A DNA stretch of 64,000 bases from Candidatus Latescibacterota bacterium (lineage in GTDB: Bacteria; Latescibacterota; UBA2968; GCA-2709665), in NCBI GenBank assembly GCA_965208835.1, contig OZ242358.1, positions 5,088,001 to 5,152,000 of the forward strand, given 5' to 3'. A program made the position numbers and the translations under genes. The stretch's first letter is position 1. Each line of letters starts with the position of its first letter. The notes beneath the pieces are model-generated. The model worked only from the letters and a program-made list of their open reading frames with translations, was not told the origin of the DNA and did no database searches. Shown here piece after piece: positions 59,466-64,000 of this stretch.

Positions 59466-62400
59466 TTACCTCAGACCGTACCGGCTCATCATCTTTTGCA
59501 GTCCGTTTCGACTCAGCCCCAGTTGGCGCGCGGCGCGGGTGATGTTCCCGTCGCACTGATTGAGCGCTTCGACGATCATCCGCCTCTCGAGGGACGCGAC
59601 ACGGGACTTGAAATAACTCCCATCACCTGACCGGAGTTGCTCGGGAAGCCCGATTCTTTCTGAGAACAGATCGGCGGAGACGTCTTTGCCTTCCTCCACC
59701 AGCGCAACCGCGCGCCTTATCTCGTTCTCCAGTTCCCGCACGTTGCCCGGCCACCCGTGATCCATCAACGCCCGCATGGCCGCTACCGTGAAACCCGGAA
59801 CCGCCTTATTCTGGTCCGCGCAAAGACGGTTCACAATGTGTTCGCATAACAATGGAATGTCTTCAATGTGGCGGCGCAATGGGGGCATTTCAATCTGCAA
59901 CACACGCAGTCTGTAATACAGATCCTCCCGAAAAAGGCCGTTGCGCACATCAGCTTCCAAATCACGATTCGTCGCCGCGATCACCCGCACGTCCACGTTT
60001 CGTACCTCTGCCTCGCCCACCCGCTGGATTTCCCCGTCCTGAAGCACCCGCAACAGGCTCGATTGGAGCTGTGCGGATGCGTTTCCAATCTCGTCCAGGA
60101 AGACCGTGCCGCCGTCCGCGGATACGAACAATCCCTTCCGGTCCGACGACGCCCCGGTAAAAGCGCCCTTCCTGTGTCCGAACAGTTCGCTCTGAAGCAG
60201 CTCGTGGGTCATTGCGGCGCAGTTGGCGGAGAGAAACGGCTTCGCCTTGCGTTCGCTCCGGCTATGGATAGCCCGGGCAGCCAGCTCCTTGCCCGTACCC
60301 GTCTCACCCTGTATGAGCACGGTCATGTCGCTTTCAGCCGCAACTTCCACCAGCTTGAAAACCTCCTGCATAACGTCGCTCTGCCCAACGAGTTCTCCCA
60401 GGCGGTAGCTTTCCCCGGTCTGTTTCTGCAAGAAAAGCGCACGTTCCTGGATCCGGGAGTACATCCGGGCGTTGACAACCGCAATGGACACCAGGTTCCC
60501 AAACGCCGACAAAAGGGCGCGGTCTTTTTCGGTAAACAGATCCTCGAGCTCCCTGTGGTCCATGTAGAGCGCGCCGATAACGCCAGATTCCCCGTGCCGT
60601 AGCGGTACGCACAGAACCGAACGGATGCCGTAATCGGTAACACTCGACCTCTGCCTGAATCGTTCGTCTACTCGAGCGTCCAGGCTCAATACCGGCTCGT
60701 TTCGCTCCATCGTCCACTTGATGATTCCCCGGCTGATCTCGTGCGTTTCGACATCGTCGAGGTTATGCCTTCGCGCCACTTCGACGTGAACAGTGTCCTC
60801 GTCCTTTAACGCAATCAACACGCGTTCGGCCCGGCTCACCTTCCTCAAGCGGTCCAGAATCCGGTCCAGAAGCACGTTCAGGTCCAGGACCGACGTCAAG
60901 ACCTCGGAAGCCTGGTAAAGCGTTAGCAGATGTTTCTCGGAAAGCGCGGGAGCCATCTCCTTTGCGGGAAGCGTTAATGCAGATTGCTCTGAAACCCGAT
61001 CCAGAAGATCCGCCGCCTTCCCGGCAAGATAGCGCAGACTCAGCCGCTCGGCAGCCCCGCGGGCGTCTTCCAGGTACCGCCGGGCGTCGGCAAGACGACA
61101 CCGCTCCAGATAGTAAGCGCCCGCTACAACGTACAGAATTACTTGCTCATGACCGTCCAGCGAGCCCTGGGCTTCCGATACATGATCGAACAGGGAATCG
61201 ACATCGTCATGCCGGCCGGCCGCGGCAAGCGATTTTGCCTTCGCGGTCCATGCCATGGCGCGAATATTTCCGCCGTACTCCACGCCCGGCCAGGCCCGTT
61301 CGGCCCAGGAAAGCGCCTCTTCAACGCAGCCGGTCTCAGCCAGCGTCTCGGCCAGCAATCCGTAGGACCGGTACACATGATGCATGCGCCCGCCATCCGA
61401 CAATAAGCGCTCAGCAGATCGAGCATGCGTTTCGGCACTAGCGGTGTCTCCCTGTTCCAGGGCGATCCAGCCCAATCGATGATGTGCTCCGGCCTCCGTA
61501 GACTTCGAACCTCGCCTGGCCCAGAAGTCTCGATGTTCCTGGAATATCTCCTTCGCACGATCGAAATTTCCCAGTCGGATCTCTATACGTCCCAGCAGGA
61601 AAAGACTGCCATGGCGATTGGACCGATCCCCTGCCCTGTCCATCAGATCCAATGAAGACTCAAGGAGCGTCCTGGCTGTTTCATTCCGATAGGTAAACTG
61701 TGCCGAAAACGCGAGATAATTCAAGGCACGCGCCTCATTGACGTCCCCTCCCAATTCCCGGCATCTTTCAGCGGCTGACTCACAAAATCTCTCGGCTGTT
61801 TTCAATTCCCTCAGCTCAAAGTAGATATTGGACAATAACCCCACAACACTCATTTCAGACTCGTCGTCGCCCAATTCTCGGAAGAGACCCAGGGCCTCCG
61901 ACAACACGGATTCGGCCTCTTCATAATCCCCGAAATGGATGTGGTTTATTCCCATCATCCTCAACGCGTACGCTTTCTGCCGCGGTGCATCGGCGGACAC
62001 CCACCGCATGACGTGATCCAATTCGCGCCGAGCGTCCTTGTACCGGTCACAACCGGAGAGCGCCTCGGCGTAGGCGCAGAGGAAATCCAGGTGCGCCACC
62101 GACCCGCGAGAAACGCCGGCCGGCGCGTCGGGTGAGAATGCGCCTTTTTCAAGAATCGCTTCGAACAGCTCCAGGGCGTGCGAAAAGTCCCACATCCGCA
62201 ACGCCATTCGGCCGGATGCCGTTACGTACTGTGCCATTTTTTTCAGGTCGTTCGATCTCGAGAAGTGGTAAGCCAGTTCATCAAGCGTCTCCAAGCCGCC
62301 GGACTCGGAACGAGTCTCCAGCGCCCTGCCTGCCTCCAGGTGAAGTAACGTACGTCTGTTCTCGGATATGCCGTCATAAACCGCCCGTTGAATCAATCCA

Positions 62401-64000
62401 TGAGAAAAACGATACCGTCCCTCTCGGTCCTGCAGATCCTTCAAGAGGCCCAGGCGAACGTGTCCCTCCAGCGTCTCCAACAACTGCAGTTCGTCTTCGC
62501 GCCAGACCTCTGCAATCAGGCCGAATGAAAACGCGCCGCGAAAGATAGAGGCATATTCCAGCGCCTGCCTTTGGGCCGAACGAAGCCGTTCCAGGCGCAA
62601 CTCGATGGCCTGCACAATGCCCGAAGGCATCGGCCATTCCCTGGACTCCGGCCATCTCCACCCGCCGGCCGAATCCCTCCAAATCAAACCTTCTTCAACC
62701 GAACCGCGGATCATTTCGACGACAAACAGAGGGTTTCCCCCGGTCTCCGCGAAAATCCTGCGAGCTTCCGCGTCGGGGACCGCCTGCTCGCCAATCAGGG
62801 ACGCTGCCAGATTCCCCGTTTCCTCCATTCCGAGAGGCTCGAGTTGAAGATGCAAAACGCCGGTTGCGTCAGGCCCTCTAGTCAGGTCGTCAATTCCCCG
62901 GGGCAACGGGTCTTCGCCCACCTTGCGGCAGGCGAGCCCGAAGACGAGGGGCACTGGATCAGGACCTCTGCTCATAAAGCCGAGGAACCGCAGGGTCAGG
63001 TCGTCGGCCCACTGCAGGTCTTCAATGCATACAAGGGTGGGCGTTTCCCGGCTCAGGTCGTCGAATAATTCTGACATAGTCTCCATTGCCGGGTACGGAT
63101 CCGGCTGATCGGCGGGCGCCGGCCTTTCGATTAGCGTTAGGACTCGCCTGACGGATGCTTCCAGATCCGACGCCTGCATGCCCGGCTGTTCCGCAATGTC
63201 GCGCAGGGCTTCCAGGAATGGACCGAATGGAGTGCCGCCGTTTTCATAGCAACGCCCGGTGAGAACGCGCATTCCCTGAACGCGGGCATCGGCCTGAAAC
63301 TCTTCCAGGACCTGGGACTTCCCGATACCGGCCTCTCCGCTCACCAGCACCACGCGCCCCGTCCCGTGACCGGTTTCTCTCAGGATCTCCCGTAACGCCT
63401 TCATCTCACGTTCTCGCCCCTGAAATTGAGGCTGCAGAACGGGAGCGTCCCTTGTGCCCTCGACGTGAGGTGGACTGAAAGAATCGTCGCCGCGCTCCTG
63501 ATCGGACCCGGCTTCCTCCTCTTCCATGAGATCGTGCAACAGGCTCCCTACGGAACTGTAGCGATCGATGGGCTCCTTCTCCAGCAGTTTCATGACTGAT
63601 TCTTCGATCGGGGAGAAAGCACCGCCGGTAGACGGGCGCGGCGGTGGGGGCAGGTCTCTCAAATGCTGGAACATCACCGAAGCCGGATTCTCGCCCGTGA
63701 AGGGCGGTCTCCCGGTGAGAATTTCGTATAGCACGACACCCAGAGAATACAGGTCCGACCGCTGATCCGTTCGCCGCGCACGAATCTGTTCGGGCGACAT
63801 GTACTCCACGGTCCCGGTCGGTCTGCCCGGCGGCGTCACACGCTGTTCCGCGGACTCCCGAAAACGGGCCAGACCCAGATCCAGAATCGAGACCTCAAGT
63901 TCGCCTTCAAACTCGGAAATCATAATATTCGAAGGCTTCAGGTCCCGGTGCACCACACCCTGTTCGTGGATATACGCCAGCCCATCTCCGATCTGCCGGA
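59466..64000 (-). CDS. Ser/Thr kinase - AAA ATPase - TPR - GAF - sigma54 activator - Fis HTH fusion (5' end outside the window)
   Basis: HRDLKPSN, DLG, YMSPEQ; GEAGIGKS, EDLQWAD, GGNPLF; GAF; GETGTGKE, GAFTGA, FREDLYYRL; terminal HTH. Confidence 0.93.
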   Translation of the reverse strand, partial: RQIGDGLAYIHEQGVVHRDLKPSNIMISEFEGELEVSILDLGLARFRESAEQRVTPPGRPTGTVEYMSPEQIRARRTDQRSDLYSLGVVLYEILTGRPPFTGENPASVMFQHLRDLPPPPRPSTGGAFSPIEESVMKLLEKEPIDRYSSVGSLLHDLMEEEEAGSDQERGDDSFSPPHVEGTRDAPVLQPQFQGREREMKALREILRETGHGTGRVVLVSGEAGIGKSQVLEEFQADARVQGMRVLTGRCYENGGTPFGPFLEALRDIAEQPGMQASDLEASVRRVLTLIERPAPADQPDPYPAMETMSELFDDLSRETPTLVCIEDLQWADDLTLRFLGFMSRGPDPVPLVFGLACRKVGEDPLPRGIDDLTRGPDATGVLHLQLEPLGMEETGNLAASLIGEQAVPDAEARRIFAETGGNPLFVVEMIRGSVEEGLIWRDSAGGWRWPESREWPMPSGIVQAIELRLERLRSAQRQALEYASIFRGAFSFGLIAEVWREDELQLLETLEGHVRLGLLKDLQDREGRYRFSHGLIQRAVYDGISENRRTLLHLEAGRALETRSESGGLETLDELAYHFSRSNDLKKMAQYVTASGRMALRMWDFSHALELFEAILEKGAFSPDAPAGVSRGSVAHLDFLCAYAEALSGCDRYKDARRELDHVMRWVSADAPRQKAYALRMMGINHIHFGDYEEAESVLSEALGLFRELGDDESEMSVVGLLSNIYFELRELKTAERFCESAAERCRELGGDVNEARALNYLAFSAQFTYRNETARTLLESSLDLMDRAGDRSNRHGSLFLLGRIEIRLGNFDRAKEIFQEHRDFWARRGSKSTEAGAHHRLGWIALEQGDTASAETHARSAERLLSDGGRMHHVYRSYGLLAETLAETGCVEEALSWAERAWPGVEYGGNIRAMAWTAKAKSLAAAGRHDDVDSLFDHVSEAQGSLDGHEQVILYVVAGAYYLERCRLADARRYLEDARGAAERLSLRYLAGKAADLLDRVSEQSALTLPAKEMAPALSEKHLLTLYQASEVLTSVLDLNVLLDRILDRLRKVSRAERVLIALKDEDTVHVEVARRHNLDDVETHEISRGIIKWTMERNEPVLSLDARVDERFRQRSSVTDYGIRSVLCVPLRHGESGVIGALYMDHRELEDLFTEKDRALLSAFGNLVSIAVVNARMYSRIQERALFLQKQTGESYRLGELVGQSDVMQEVFKLVEVAAESDMTVLIQGETGTGKELAARAIHSRSERKAKPFLSANCAAMTHELLQSELFGHRKGAFTGASSDRKGLFVSADGGTVFLDEIGNASAQLQSSLLRVLQDGEIQRVGEAEVRNVDVRVIAATNRDLEADVRNGLFREDLYYRLRVLQIEMPPLRRHIEDIPLLCEHIVNRLCADQNKAVPGFTVAAMRALMDHGWPGNVRELENEIRRAVALVEEGKDVSADLFSERIGLPEQLRSGDGSYFKSRVASLERRMIVEALNQCDGNITRAARQLGLSRNGLQKMMSRYGLR

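Overview
Bacterial genomic window, GC-rich on the left and visibly more AT-rich at about 49-59.4 kb. Gene content (many Gfo/Idh/MocA and PhyH enzymes, dockerin-like DFDxNGxVDF domains, GWxTD proteins) suggests an FCB-group/Latescibacterota-like organism; this is inference. Four blocks are present. (1) 0-16 kb: catabolic genes (heparinase II/III-like, Kelch, oxidoreductases, enolase-superfamily enzyme, class IV aminotransferase, tandem PhyH). (2) 16-30 kb: a MacAB-like ABC exporter cluster with an ECF sigma factor and two sigma54 promoters sharing a 42-bp enhancer, interrupted by a four-helix-bundle gene between heptamer direct repeats. (3) 30.8-33.4 kb: an IS1595-family element carrying a DNA methyltransferase/nuclease passenger. 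(4) 33.5-64 kb: a 25-kb co-oriented cluster of five TPR-GWxTD proteins, four tandem dockerin-like/FGE-fold paralogues with diversified tips and two Kelch lipoproteins. This cluster lies downstream of a complete sigma54 promoter (UAS palindromes, IHF site, -24/-12) and of a Ser/Thr kinase-ATPase-TPR-GAF-sigma54 activator gene, and is the best candidate for an undescribed system. Intergenic DNA is a patchwork of REP/MITE-like families, including a conserved ~130-bp element with a GNA-triloop hairpin. No rRNA, tRNA, CRISPR array or reverse transcriptase was seen. All assignments come from reading motifs by eye; no database search was run.
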